DNA of 64,000 nucleotides from Eledone cirrhosa (GCA_964016885.1 OZ024752.1:6882001-6946000); one strand, 5' to 3'. Shown: positions 12,371 to 23,960, counted from the first letter of the stretch. The notes: a model not told the origin generated them from the letters alone. A program made the numbers and translations.

Positions 12371-15154
12371 GCAAGAATCATTAAACTCAGACTAGTCCTG
12401 AATAAGACAATTACCACAATAATATCAGCTTACGCACCCCAATCGGGGCTGCCAGACGAACTTAAGGATAGGTTTTACGAGTCCCTAATACACACTACTG
12501 CTCTAACAGACGACAAGGACTTCCTAATCATTGCAGGAGATTTTAACGGACACGTAGGTAAACACTGCGACGGCTTCAATAGAGTACATGGAGGCCATGG
12601 AGTTGGCACAAGGAATGAGGAAGGATTCAGACTTCTAGAATTCTGCGACGCCAATGACATGTCGATATGTAACACAAACTTTAAAAAACCCGACAACCAC
12701 CTGATCACCTATAGATCAGGGGAGCACTCTAGTCAGTTAGATTTTATCCTCATCAGAGGACGTGACAGATGGACGGTCGTAAACACAAAAGCCTTCCCTA
12801 GTGAGGAATGTACATCCCAACATAGCTTAGTTGTCAGCGACCTCACGGTCAGAACTAGACGAGCCCTGAAACAGAGGCCAACCTGGAGAAGAAAGATCTG
12901 GAAGCTGAAAGTCCCCTCAACCAGTAACAGATTTAAAGATATTTTACTCAACGCCTACGACAGTAAAGAAGAACAGATAGAGACATTTAACGTAGAAGAG
13001 AACTGGGAGTTCCTAAAAAATAACTTACTAGAGGCGACGGATGAGGTTTGTGGCTGGAGTAAGACCTCAAGCAGGAGGAGAGTGACTTGGTGGTGGAACA
13101 ATAAGGTAGATGAAGCAGTCAAGGCCAAGAGACAGGCATGGAAAGAATGGAAGAACGGGGGGAGCAGGGTACATTACATAGAGACCAAGAGGGAAGCTAG
13201 GCGACAAGTATACTTAGCTAGGAGGGAAGCAGAGGATAGAAAATTCAAGCATGTTTTACAACGTGAGGACCAGAAACAGGAGGTATTCAAGATTGCGAGG
13301 CAGTGTGTCAGAGATAGTTGTGATGTCATTGGAGAGAAGTGTATCCGGAATGATAAAGGTGAGCTTGCCCTCACAAGTGCTGAGAAGAAAGATGCATGGA
13401 AGAGTCATTATGATAGATTACTAAATGAGGAGAATGCATGGGAAGAAGAGACCCTACCCCACGTAGACCCTATAGAGGGACCAGCAGTACAAGTCAGCGG
13501 CAGCGTAGTAAGTAAGGCAATCAGAGATATGAAGATAGGGAAGGCAACCGGTCCATCGGGTATAGCTGCCGAGATGCTGAAGGCATCTGGGTCTGTAGGT
13601 CACACTATAACCACACGTATCGTTAACCAGGTAATACTAGAGGGGGCCATACCAAAAGATTGGTGCAGTAGCATCATTGTCAACTGCTACAAAGGTAAAG
13701 GCGATGCACTAGATAGAGGAAACTATAGAGGTATAAAGTTGATGGACCAGGTCATGAAAGTAACAGAAAGAGTTATAGCACAGCTGATTAGGGACCGGGT
13801 GAATATAGACGAGATGCAATTTGGGTTTGTTCCAGGGAAAGGCACCACTGATGCGCTCTTCCTTGTGAGGCAATTACAGGAAAAGTACCTAGCTAAAAGT
13901 AAGCCACTCTACTTGGCATTTGTCGACCTTGAGAAAGCCTTTGACAGAGTTCCACGTGCAGTAATCTGGTGGGCTCTTAGAAAACTAGGAGTAGATGAAT
14001 GGCTTGTGAAAGCGGTACAAGCCATGTATAGGGGAGCAGTCAGCAAAGTTAGGATTGGCAATGAGTATAGCGAGGAATTTAGCGTACAGGTTGGGGTCCA
14101 CCAGGGCTCTGTTCTTAGCCCTCTCCTGTTCATCATAGTCCTGCAGGCAATAACGGAGGAGTTTAAGACCGGATGCCCATGGGAACTCCTGTATGCTGAT
14201 GACCTCGCACTCATAGCTGAATCTATGGTAGAACTAGAGAATAAATTCCAAACCTGGAAGCAGGGACTAGAGAGAAAGGGCCTCAAAGTCAACATGACAA
14301 AGACTAAGGTCCTTATAAGTAGACGAGAAAACAGAACCCAGATCCCCTCAGGGAAATGGCCTTGCTCAGTATGTAGGAAAGGTGTAGGTAGGAACTCCAT
14401 TCTTTGCCCCAAATGCAAACAATGGGTACACAAGAGATGTAGCGGGATCTCAGGAAGCTTAATTAAGAATGTAGGATTCACATGCAGCAGCTGTGCTGAA
14501 ACAGCAAGCAAACAGCCACAGGAAACAAGTACCACCAATCTCTGGGAGGGCCCTGTAGAAACAGTAGACAGCTTCTGCTACCTAGGTGACCGAATTAGCA
14601 ACGGAGGTGGGTGCTCAGAAAGTACAATAACTAGGGTAAGAACGGGATGGAAGAAGTTTAGGGAACTACTACCACTGCTAGCTGCAAAAGGCTTCTCCCT
14701 CAGAATGAAAGGCAGACTGTATGATGCGTGTATCCGAACAGCGATGTTGCATGGTAGTGAGACCTAAGCGCTGAAGGTGGAAGACTTACGTAGATTAGAG
14801 AGAAACGAAGCCTGCATGCTCCGATGGATGTGTAACAGTAATATACGTGAACGACAAAGCATAAATGAATTGAGAGAGAGACTGAGCATAAGAGGAATCA
14901 AATGCTGCGTGCAGGAGAGGCGGTTACGCTGGTATGGACATGTGATGCGTATGAAGGATGACAGCTGCATAAAAAGGTGCAGAGCACTAGAAGTTGATGG
15001 AAACCGCGGAGTGGGGAGACCCAAGATGACTTGGGATGAGGTGATAAAAGCCGACCTTACCCAACTACACCTCTCAAAGTCAATGACACACGACCGTGAC
15101 TTCTGGCGTCACGCAGTAATACAGGGTACCCGATCTCCCATGGGTACATGCTGA
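12371..15154 (+). pseudogene. RTE endonuclease/reverse transcriptase ORF with one premature stop
   Basis: ORF-track 12659-14767 and 14777-15154 share a frame, which is open upstream to the truncation point. Confidence 0.9.
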
Positions 15155-15455
15155 AGCATATAAACAATATGCCCCCCCCCCACCGCAAGGTGGTCGTGGA
15201 GGTGCCACGGCAAAAAAGCACCCAGCCCACACTGTAAAGTGGACGTGTAGGCGCCACGAAAAAGCACCCAGCACTCACTGTAAATGAGGTTGGTGTTAGG
15301 AAGGGCATCCAGCTGTAGAAATCAAGCCAGATCAGTTCCTGTATGAGCAAGGCATGGTCAGCCGACCAGACACTGCCCACAACAGGACAACCCGTCTAAC
15401 CCATGCTAGCGTGGAAGAACGGACGTAAAACGGTGATGATGATGATGATGATGAT
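12371..15455 (+). mobile_element. 5'-truncated RTE-clade LINE (partial APE, RT, Cys/His finger, 3' UTR, (GAT)n tail)
   Basis: One reading frame from 12371 to 15154 with SAYAPQ, GDFNGHVG, QLDFIL, QFGF, FVDLEKAFD, GVHQGSVLSP, LYADD and RRLRWYGHV. A single stop, TAA at 14765, replaces the W of ETW. Confidence 0.95.
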
Positions 15456-15459
15456 ATAT

Positions 15460-16072
15460 GTAATATATGTGAACGACAAAGCATAAATAAATTGAGAGAG
15501 AGACTGAGCATAAGAGGAATCAAATGCTGTGTGCAGGAGAGGCGGTTGCGCTGGTATGGACATGTGATGCGTATGAAGGATGACAGCTGCATAAAAAGGT
15601 GCAGAGCACTAGAAGTTGATGGAAACCGCGGAGTAGGGAGACCCAAGATGACCTGGGATGAGGTGATAAAAGCCAACCTTACCCAATTACACCTCTCAAA
15701 GACAATGACACACGACCGTGACTTCTGGCGTCACGCAGTAATACAGAGTACCCAACCTCCCATGGGTACATGCTGAAGCATATAAACAATATGCCCCCAC
15801 CGCAAGGTGGTCGTGGAGATGCCACGGCAAAAAAGCACCCAGCCCACACTGTAAAGTGGACGTGTAGGCGCCACGAAAAAGCACCCAGCACTCACTGTAA
15901 ATGAGGTTGGTGTTAGGAAGGGCATCCAGCTGTAGAAATCAAGCCAGATCAGTTCCTGTATGAGCAAGGCATGGTCAGCCGACCAGACACTGCACACAAC
16001 AGGACAACCCGTCTAACCCATGCTAGCGTGGAAGAACGGACGTAAAACGGTGATGATGATGGTGATGATGAT
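15460..16072 (+). mobile_element. Second, tandem 3'-end copy of the same RTE
   Basis: Repeats 14838-15455 with about 14 substitutions and has its own (GAT)n tail. Confidence 0.93.
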
Positions 16073-16176
16073 ATATATATACATATATATATATATATAA
16101 CAAAGGAAATGTGGTAAGGAACCAGATGGACCATAACACACCAAAGTACTCAATACTTAGGATAGTAGAGTGGGTA

Positions 16177-16304
16177 ATAGGAACAAGTAGGACCCCGATG
16201 GCTGAGCTCAAGCGGTTTCAACGGCTAATTCTGGACTAAATTTAGTCCAGAATTAGCCATCGAAACAGCTTGAGCTCAGCCGTCGGGGTCCTACTTGTTC
16301 CTAT
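16177..16304. repeat. 128-bp loopless palindrome (64-bp arms, 4 mismatches)
   Basis: Centre ctggactaaa|tttagtccag at 16240/16241. Confidence 0.93.
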
Positions 16305-16469
16305 ATATATATATATATATATATAAGCCAGTTCTTAGATATATTCTTGATTGGAAAACAAACTAAATACTAGTTAAGTTGAATACCAGTGGAATTTTTC
16401 ATCAAATTTCTTTTACTTGCAGATAAATATTGTATTTGGTAATAGAAATTATATTTTAACATCAAGATA

Positions 16470-16633
16470 CCATATTTCCTGGCGCTGAAGACGCTTCATC
16501 CTCGAGGAAGCACCCTAATTTTGACAACCAAAAATTTGAAAAAATAATAAACAACCTTCAGCCTCCAGGACTCATGGTGGATTTTTGAGATTTATTTTAG
16601 GAAAAAAGTAGCCTCTTCGACGCCAGGAAACAG
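16470..16633. mobile_element. Tc1/mariner-type MITE (TIR ~CCGTATTTCCTGGCGyCGAAGA)
   Basis: TIRs present. Same family as 32948-33115 and 44198-44333. Confidence 0.75.
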
Positions 16634-16740
16634 TATATTTTAACATCAAGATATATTTCTTTTTCCATATCTATTAATGATGATCATAATTCTATTTTAT
16701 ATTCCTAAATACTTTTAATCAAAATTTTAACGACAAAAGA

Positions 16741-17291
16741 AAAAGCATCCAGTCTACCCTGTAAGGTGGTGGTGCTGGTGTCACAACAAAAAGCACCCAG
16801 TCTTCCCTGTAAGGTGGTAGTGCTGGTGACACAACAAAAAGCACCCAGTCTTCCCTGTAAGGTGGTGGTGCTGGTGTCACAACAACAAGCACCCAGTCTA
16901 CCCTGTAAGGTGGTAGTGCTGGTGTCACAACAAAAAGCACACAGTCTTCCCGGTAAGGTGGTGGTGCTGGTGTCACAACAAAAAGCACCCAGTCTTCCCT
17001 GTAAGGTGGTGGTGCTGGTGTCACAACAAAAAGCACCCAGTCTTCCCTGTAAGGTGGTAGTGCTGGTGACACAACAAAAAGCACCCAGTCTTCCCTGTAA
17101 GGTGGTGGTGCTGGTGTCACAACAAAAAGCACCCAGTCTTCCCTGTAAGGTGGTAGTGCTGGTGACACAACAAAAAGCACCCAGTCTTCCCTGTAAGGTC
17201 GTGGTGCTGGTGTCACAACAAAAAGCACCCAGTCTTCCCGGTAAGGTGGTAGTGCTGGTGACACAACAAAAAGCACCCAGTCTACCCTGTA
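16741..17291. repeat. 48-bp minisatellite, ~11 copies, related to the RTE 3' UTR unit
   Basis: Unit aaaagcacccagtcttccctgtaaggtggtggtgctggtgtcacaaca. Confidence 0.93.
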
Positions 17292-17508
17292 GGGCTAGGT
17301 ATCTCTCTCCACCCCTTTCCCTACCAGATCCTGTAAAAAAGGTCATGGGTGCTACCCATCCTTCTCTAACTAATCAATAATAAGAATCAATCAATATAAA
17401 TTCATTGCCAAATGGCTGTTATTTGGAAGTTAATCAAAGTGTAAAATGTTGGCTCTAATAATTGATAGCAAACTTCACATTCCTTCAGTTCCACCAGTGA
17501 TAGAAACT

Positions 17509-18540
17509 ACACACACACACACACAGATACACATACAGACATACACACACACACAGACACACAGATACACACACACAGATATACAGATACACACACAGAC
17601 ATACACAGACACACACAGACATAGACACAGACACACAGATACACAGACACACAGATACACACACAGACACACAGACATACACACACACAGATACATACAC
17701 ACAGACACACACAGACACAGACACAGTCACAGATACACACACACACAGATACACATACACACACACACAGACATACACAGACACACACACAGACATACAC
17801 AGACACACAGACATACACACACACACAGATACACATACATACACACACAGACACACACAGACATACACACAGACACACAGACATACACACAGACACACAG
17901 ACATACACACAGACAGACATACACACACACACAGATACACATATACATACACACACACAGACATACACACAGACACAGACACACAGATACACAGACACAC
18001 ACACACACACAGACACAGTCACACAGATACACACAGACATACACACAGACACAGACATACACAACACAGTCACACACACATATACACACACACACAGACA
18101 CACACAGACATATACACAGAGTCACACACACACACACAGATATATACACAGACAGTCACACAGATATATACACAGTCACACATACAGACACACACACAGA
18201 TACAGACACACATACACAGACACTGACACACACACACAGACATATACAGACAGTCACACATACACAGTCTCACACACACACACACACACAGATACACAAA
18301 TACACACAGATACACACAGATACACAGACAGAGATACACACACAGACATACACACAGACACACAGACACACATACAGATACACAGACACACACACAGAGC
18401 AGCAGACAGACAGACAGACACAAACACACAAGTGCACACACACACACAGACACACCAACACACACAGACACACACACACATACAAACACGTATACACAAA
18501 GCCACACACACACGTACACACACGTACACACCAACATACA
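17509..18540. repeat. ~1-kb compound (CA)n/(CAGA)n/(CATA)n microsatellite
   Basis: Direct inspection. Confidence 0.95.
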
Positions 18541-18633
18541 CTAAAATAAAGTATTTGTCAAGGGGTCGCTATAACCAACTTCTCCCCTAAAGTAGAAATG
18601 TAAATTATGTTTAGTATTATTTAATAATTACTA

Positions 18634-18835
18634 GGGCGGTGGATTGGCAGAATCAGTAGAGCGTCGGACAACCTGCTTTGCAGCACAGAGTTATGGCCCT
18701 TTGTGATCTGAGTTCAAATCCTGCCGAGGTTAAGTTTGCCTTTCATCCTACAGGGACAATAAAACAAAGTACCAGTAATACACTGGGGTCGATTTAATCA
18801 ACTTTGCCATACCCTAAAAATTGTAAAAACCATTA
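18634..18835 (+). mobile_element. tRNA-derived SINE with Deu/Nin-like core
   Basis: Head ggcggtggattggcagaat, B-box gagttcaaatcc, core gcctttcatcct...aaagtaccag. Confidence 0.8.
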
Positions 18836-19147
18836 TTTAATATATGTATAGTATATTTGGCAATATACCGTATGTTTAATTAAAAACATTTAGAAGACCT
18901 TGCGCTATCATTTTTAAAGTAGTGACTATGTCACTTCTTTTTTCGGCAAAAGAAGGGAGAGAAGCTGACAGATTCTGTTTTTAATTAAACATACGGTATA
19001 TTGCCAAATACACTATACATACATTCATATATACATCACTATTTCAGAGCACCAATCCTAATTTTTAATTTTTGCTGGACCGGCAATCGCTCTGTATAAT
19101 CAGTTCCTGATTATTACTGGAATTCTATAAGAATCCAGCCTCTATAA

Positions 19148-19240
19148 TTTTTGGCAGAGGCGGGGAGTACGATGCTCTGAGGATCGCCAACAGCGTGAAA
19201 CAGAATCTGTCAGCTTCTCTCCCTTTTTTTGCCGAAAAAA
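19148..19240 (+). ncRNA. Type I hammerhead ribozyme (predicted), cleavage after GUC at 19209-19211
   Basis: GTAC-GATGCT-CTGAGGA-T-CGC-CAACA-GCG-T-GAAA-CAG-AAT-CTG-TC-AGCTTC. Core CUGANGA/GAAA/UH is complete. Long stem I (tttttggcagaggcggggag with ctcccttttttt-gccgaaaa) has a TAC bulge. The base of stem II is U-U rather than G-C. Confidence 0.8.
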
Positions 19241-19307
19241 GAAGTAAGTGACAGTCACTACTTTAAAACTGATAGCTTATGGTCTTCAAAATGTTTTTAA
19301 TTAAACA

Positions 19308-20627
19308 CAGTATATTACCAAATATACTGTGCATACATTATATTACCAAATATACTGTGCATACAGTATATTTGGTAATATACTGTGCATACATTATATT
19401 ACCAAATATACTGTGCATACAGTATATTACCAAATATACTGTGCATACATTATATTACCAAATATACTGTGCATACAGTATATTACCAAATATACTGTGC
19501 ATACATTATATTACCAAATATACTGTGCATACATTATATTACCAAATATACTGTGCATACAGTATATTTGGTAATATACTGTGCATACATTATATTACCA
19601 AATATACTGTGCATACAGTATATTACCAAATATACTGTGCATACATTATATTACCAAATATACTGTGCATACAGTATATTACCAAATATACTGTGCATAC
19701 ATTATATTACCAAATATACTGTGCATACATTATATTACCAAATATACTGTGCATACATTATATTACCAAATATACTGTGCATACATTATATTACCAAATA
19801 TGCTGTGCATACATTATATTACCAAATATACTGTGCATACATTATATTACCAAATATACTGTGCATACAGTATATTACCAAATATACTGTGCATACATTA
19901 TATTACCAAATATACTGTGCATACATTATATTACCAAATATACTGTGCATACATTATATTACCAAATATACTGTGCATACATTATATTACCAAATATACT
20001 GTGCATACATTATATTACCAAATATACTGTGCATACATTATATTACCAAATATGCTGTGCATACATTATATTACCAAATATACTGTGCATACATTATATT
20101 ACCAAATATACTGTGCATACAGTATATTACCAAATATACTGTGCATACATTATATTACCAAATATACTGTGCATACAGTATATTACCAAATATACTGTGC
20201 ATACAGTATATTACCAAATATACTGTGCATACAGTATATTACCAAATATACTGTGCATACATTATATTACCAAATATACTGTGCATACATTATATTACCA
20301 AATATACTGTGCATACATTATATTACCAAATATACTGTGCATACATTATATTACCAAATATACTGTGCATACATTATATTACCAAATATACTGTGCATAC
20401 ATTATATTACCAAATATACTGTGCATACAGTATATTTGGTAATATACTGTGCATACATTATATTACCAAATATACTGTGCATACAGTATATTACCAAATA
20501 TACTGTGCATACATTATATTACCAAATATACTGTGCATACAGTATATTACCAAATATACTGTGCATACAGTATATTACCAAATATACTGTGCATACAGTA
20601 TATTACCAAATATACTGTGCATACAGT
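19308..20627. repeat. 28-bp minisatellite, ~47 copies, ca(g/t)tatattaccaaatatactgtgcata
   Basis: Direct inspection. The unit contains a 9-bp stem hairpin. Confidence 0.95.
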
Positions 20628-20707
20628 CATGTATACATCGCTATTTAAGGGCACCAATCCTAATCATTAATTAATAATTTTTAATGTAAGTAATGGTTAT
20701 CATTACA

Positions 20708-20900
20708 GGCAGTGGATTGGCAGTATCGGTAGAGGATCAGACGCCATTCTTTTCAGCACAGAGTTACGGCCCTTTGCATTCTGAGTTCAAATCCCGCCGA
20801 GATTAACTTTGTCTTTCATCCTTACGGGGTTGATAAAATAAAGTACCAGTAATACACTGGGACAATTGCTGGCCTTGTGCCAAAAGTAGAAACAATTATT
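20708..20900 (+). mobile_element. tRNA-derived SINE with Deu/Nin-like core
   Basis: Full match to the family, ending gtagaaacaatt. Confidence 0.85.
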
Positions 20901-21224
20901 AGAGGCAGCAAATTGGAAGAATCATTAGCAGATCAGAGAGAACTCCGACTCTCTGTGCTCTGAGTTCAAATCTCGTTGAGGTAAACTTTGTAATCCTTTC
21001 AAAGTCAATAAAGCAGGAATCTAGTACAAGATTTGATTCTTCCTCTACATCTATTGCCCATTTCCTCTCTCCCCCATTCTAATTTTCTGGAAGGAATCTG
21101 CTGTGTTTAGACCTGGAGAGGGGACAGGCTCCACCAGGTTATCTCCCTTTATATTTCAAGAGGAGGAAACTAATTTGAAACAAAATATCTAATGTTGTGT
21201 TTATGCTGCCTTATTTTAATGGCA

Positions 21225-21772
21225 CTTTCGAGCTGACTTTTGGGAGGCTCCCATACAGCTCTGAGTTTTCATCCTCAGTGTATACTGATTAATGTTCAGA
21301 GCCATCCTCAGCATTCTCGTGTGGCACCCATCCACCATCTGAGTGAGTTTCTTGGTCAGTGTCCAAGTCTCAGACCCGTACAACAGCACAGACTCCACTA
21401 CAGCAACGAAGAGACGGATCTTCAGGTCTTTACGAAGATCCGACTTTCACACTGATCTCAAGTTGTGGCACGCTGCCCAGGCTTTGCTCTTCCTCTTGAC
21501 CACATCATCTTCCATATTCCCAAGTGACACAGAGGAGACTGAGGTTAGCTAGACATGCTCACCGACATCCACAGTTGACACTGCACTCAGTGCTCCTGTG
21601 GGAGCCCCTGCATGGACACACTAGAAGAGGAAGACTGAGGTTAACATATGTTGATGCCCTAAGGACAGACACTGGTCTCTTGGAGACGCAGGACATGGCA
21701 GCGATAATGAGGACAGAGACCGCTGGAGAGAACTCGTCCATGGATCTCGGGAATTTTACCTGCCCTAGAGAG
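21225..21772. mobile_element. LINE 3' fragment with 5' inversion and 12-bp TSD
   Basis: Minus part ends VESVLLYGSETW...LPKVSSKV. Plus part starts VTQRRLRLA...LLWEPLHG. TSD attttaatggca at 21213 and 21773. Confidence 0.88.
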
Positions 21773-22141
21773 ATTTTAATGGCAACATAAAAACTATTAA
21801 ACACTTCTAAAGTAACATTTCCGACAGTCACTCATTACCAAATTTCTGTTGATAGGAATTTAGAGAAATCTTAGAATAAACTCTATTGATTGAAGGAGTC
21901 CAAGTAGATAGAATTACCAGATACGAAAATACCAAAGATCATTTCCAGGTGTCTACAGGAAGTTTACTTCAGTTACAGGAAGTTAGTTTCTCATAAGCTC
22001 ATTCAAGACAAATCATTACAATAAAACAGGTAAATATAAATAATATCAGGTAAAAATATATATAAATGTTATTTAAGACACCCACATCAACCATTTTGTT
22101 ACCATATTTCTAATGAAAAACAGTTTAATTTTTAAAATAAT

Positions 22142-22326
22142 TGTTTCTACTTTTGGCACAAGGCCAGCAATTACCCAGTGCATTACTGGTACTTTATTTT
22201 ATCGACCCCGTAAGGATGAAAGGCAAAGTTAACCTTGGCGGGATTTGAACTCAGAATGGCAAGGGCCGTAACTATGTGTCAAAGCATGGTGTTCAACTAT
22301 CTACCGATACTGCCAATCCACCGCCG
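22142..22326 (-). mobile_element. tRNA-derived SINE with 17-bp TSD
   Basis: TSD ttaatttttaaaataat at 22125 and 22327. Confidence 0.9.
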
Positions 22327-23317
22327 TTAATTTTTAAAATAATAAAAAGAATTGAGGAATTTAAAGAAATAACTTTCTTGTTATCAAGCTAGTGTTGGAA
22401 ACACACCAACATTTTGTAAATAGAATTGTAAGGGAAGGTTTATATATGAACATTCAAGTATGAATATTTTAAAATGTTTAGGGTTGAATCATAAAAGCAA
22501 GATGGTTTCAGGTAAGATGGCACCAAATCAGTCAAATAGTTTCATTTCAAATCCATTTTTTAATGCTTACCAAAAAAAGAAGAAATTAGTAGAGAAAACT
22601 CTTCAGTTGCGTAAAAGATATGAGGGTCGTCTCCTTAATGTTGGCACCACAATAAAATATAAAGTGCACTCTGTAGAGTGTAAGATCATTGGATCTGGTT
22701 AAGTACAGTTTTGGTCTGTGATGACCTATTCAACTGTTGAGAGCTTGGAAAATGGACATTAAATGGTGCTACTGCTGCTGCGGATGAAAAATCTCTTTAA
22801 AATAAACAGATTTGTATTGCAAAACCAAATGAATGGCACTGCTTATGATTTTCAAATTGTCAGGAATTTGGTATTTGGAGTATAACAAAGGATCTTTATA
22901 TATAATTATGATGGAAAAATTTAGCTAAATATAAACACTTTAAAATATATAGTTTTGTATTGTGGAACCAGGAATGGTATCAAAAGGGTTAAGCTGGTCT
23001 TTGGAGCATAACAACAAAAGTTCTTAGAGAAAATTATGATGGAAGGTTTTTAGATAAATATAAATACTTTCAAAACAAACATTTTAGTATCATAGAACCA
23101 GGGAAGGTTTTGGACCTTTAGAAATGAGTTAAAGACAAAAACCTGAACCAAACTAAAAGCACACTAACCTACATAATCAATAATAAATCAATTATAGACA
23201 AAATGTGAATTGATAAATCTGACAAGTAATGTAATTTATATTACCTTGAATGAAATCTGACTAGAAAAATAAATGATTGGTTTTTTTTTTCTTCAGACAG
23301 GAGATCTCTACTGGATG

Positions 23318-23865
23318 TCATGTATATATGTATATATATATATGTGTGTGTATGTGTGTGTGTGTGTGTATGTGTGTGTGTGCATCTGTATATATGTATA
23401 TATATATATGTGCGTGTATGTGTGTGTGTGTGTATGTGTGTGTGTGTGTATGTGTGTGTATGTGCGTGTGTGTGTGTATGTGCGTGTGTGCATCTGTATA
23501 AATGTGTGTGTATGTGTATGTGTGTGTGTATGTGTGTGTGTGTGTATGTGTGTGTGTGTGTGCATCTGTATATATGTATGTGTGCATCTGTATATATGTA
23601 TGTGTATATATGTATGTGTGTGTATGTGTGTATGCATGTGTATGTGTATATGTGCATGTGTATATATGTATGTGTGTGTATGCGTGTGTATGTATGTGTG
23701 TGTATGTATGTGTGTGGTGTGTGTGTATGTATGTTTTGTATGTATGTTTGTGTATGTATGTATGTATGTGTGAGTATGTATGTGTGTGTGTATGTATGTA
23801 TGTGTGTGTATGTGTGTGTATGTATGTATGTATCTGTGTGTGTGTTTATGTGTGTGTGTGTGCAT
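23318..23865. repeat. Compound (TG)n/(TATG)n microsatellite
   Basis: Direct inspection. Confidence 0.95.
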
Positions 23866-23960
23866 GGAGAAAAAGCCATTAAACAGTGATGATGATGATA
23901 TATACTCAAATAGGTTTTTCATCTGATAAAGTCATCTCCTTAGACATGTCTAGTCACAGA

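Larger units (their letters stand above)
18844..20670 (+). mobile_element. Retrozyme-like ~316-bp structured repeat (about 1.3 units plus an inverted partial copy), interrupted by a 28-bp array
   Basis: gtttttaattaaaca recurs at 18977 and 19293. The cat-tatacatc-ctattt-gcaccaatcctaat segment recurs at ~19025 and ~20628. 18844-18980 is the reverse complement of ~19198-19335. The unit contains the hammerhead. Confidence 0.65.

Noticed and set aside
16480-16515. CTGAAGA followed by a hairpin, hammerhead-like
   Set aside because: No GAAA or UH follows, and it is part of a MITE TIR.
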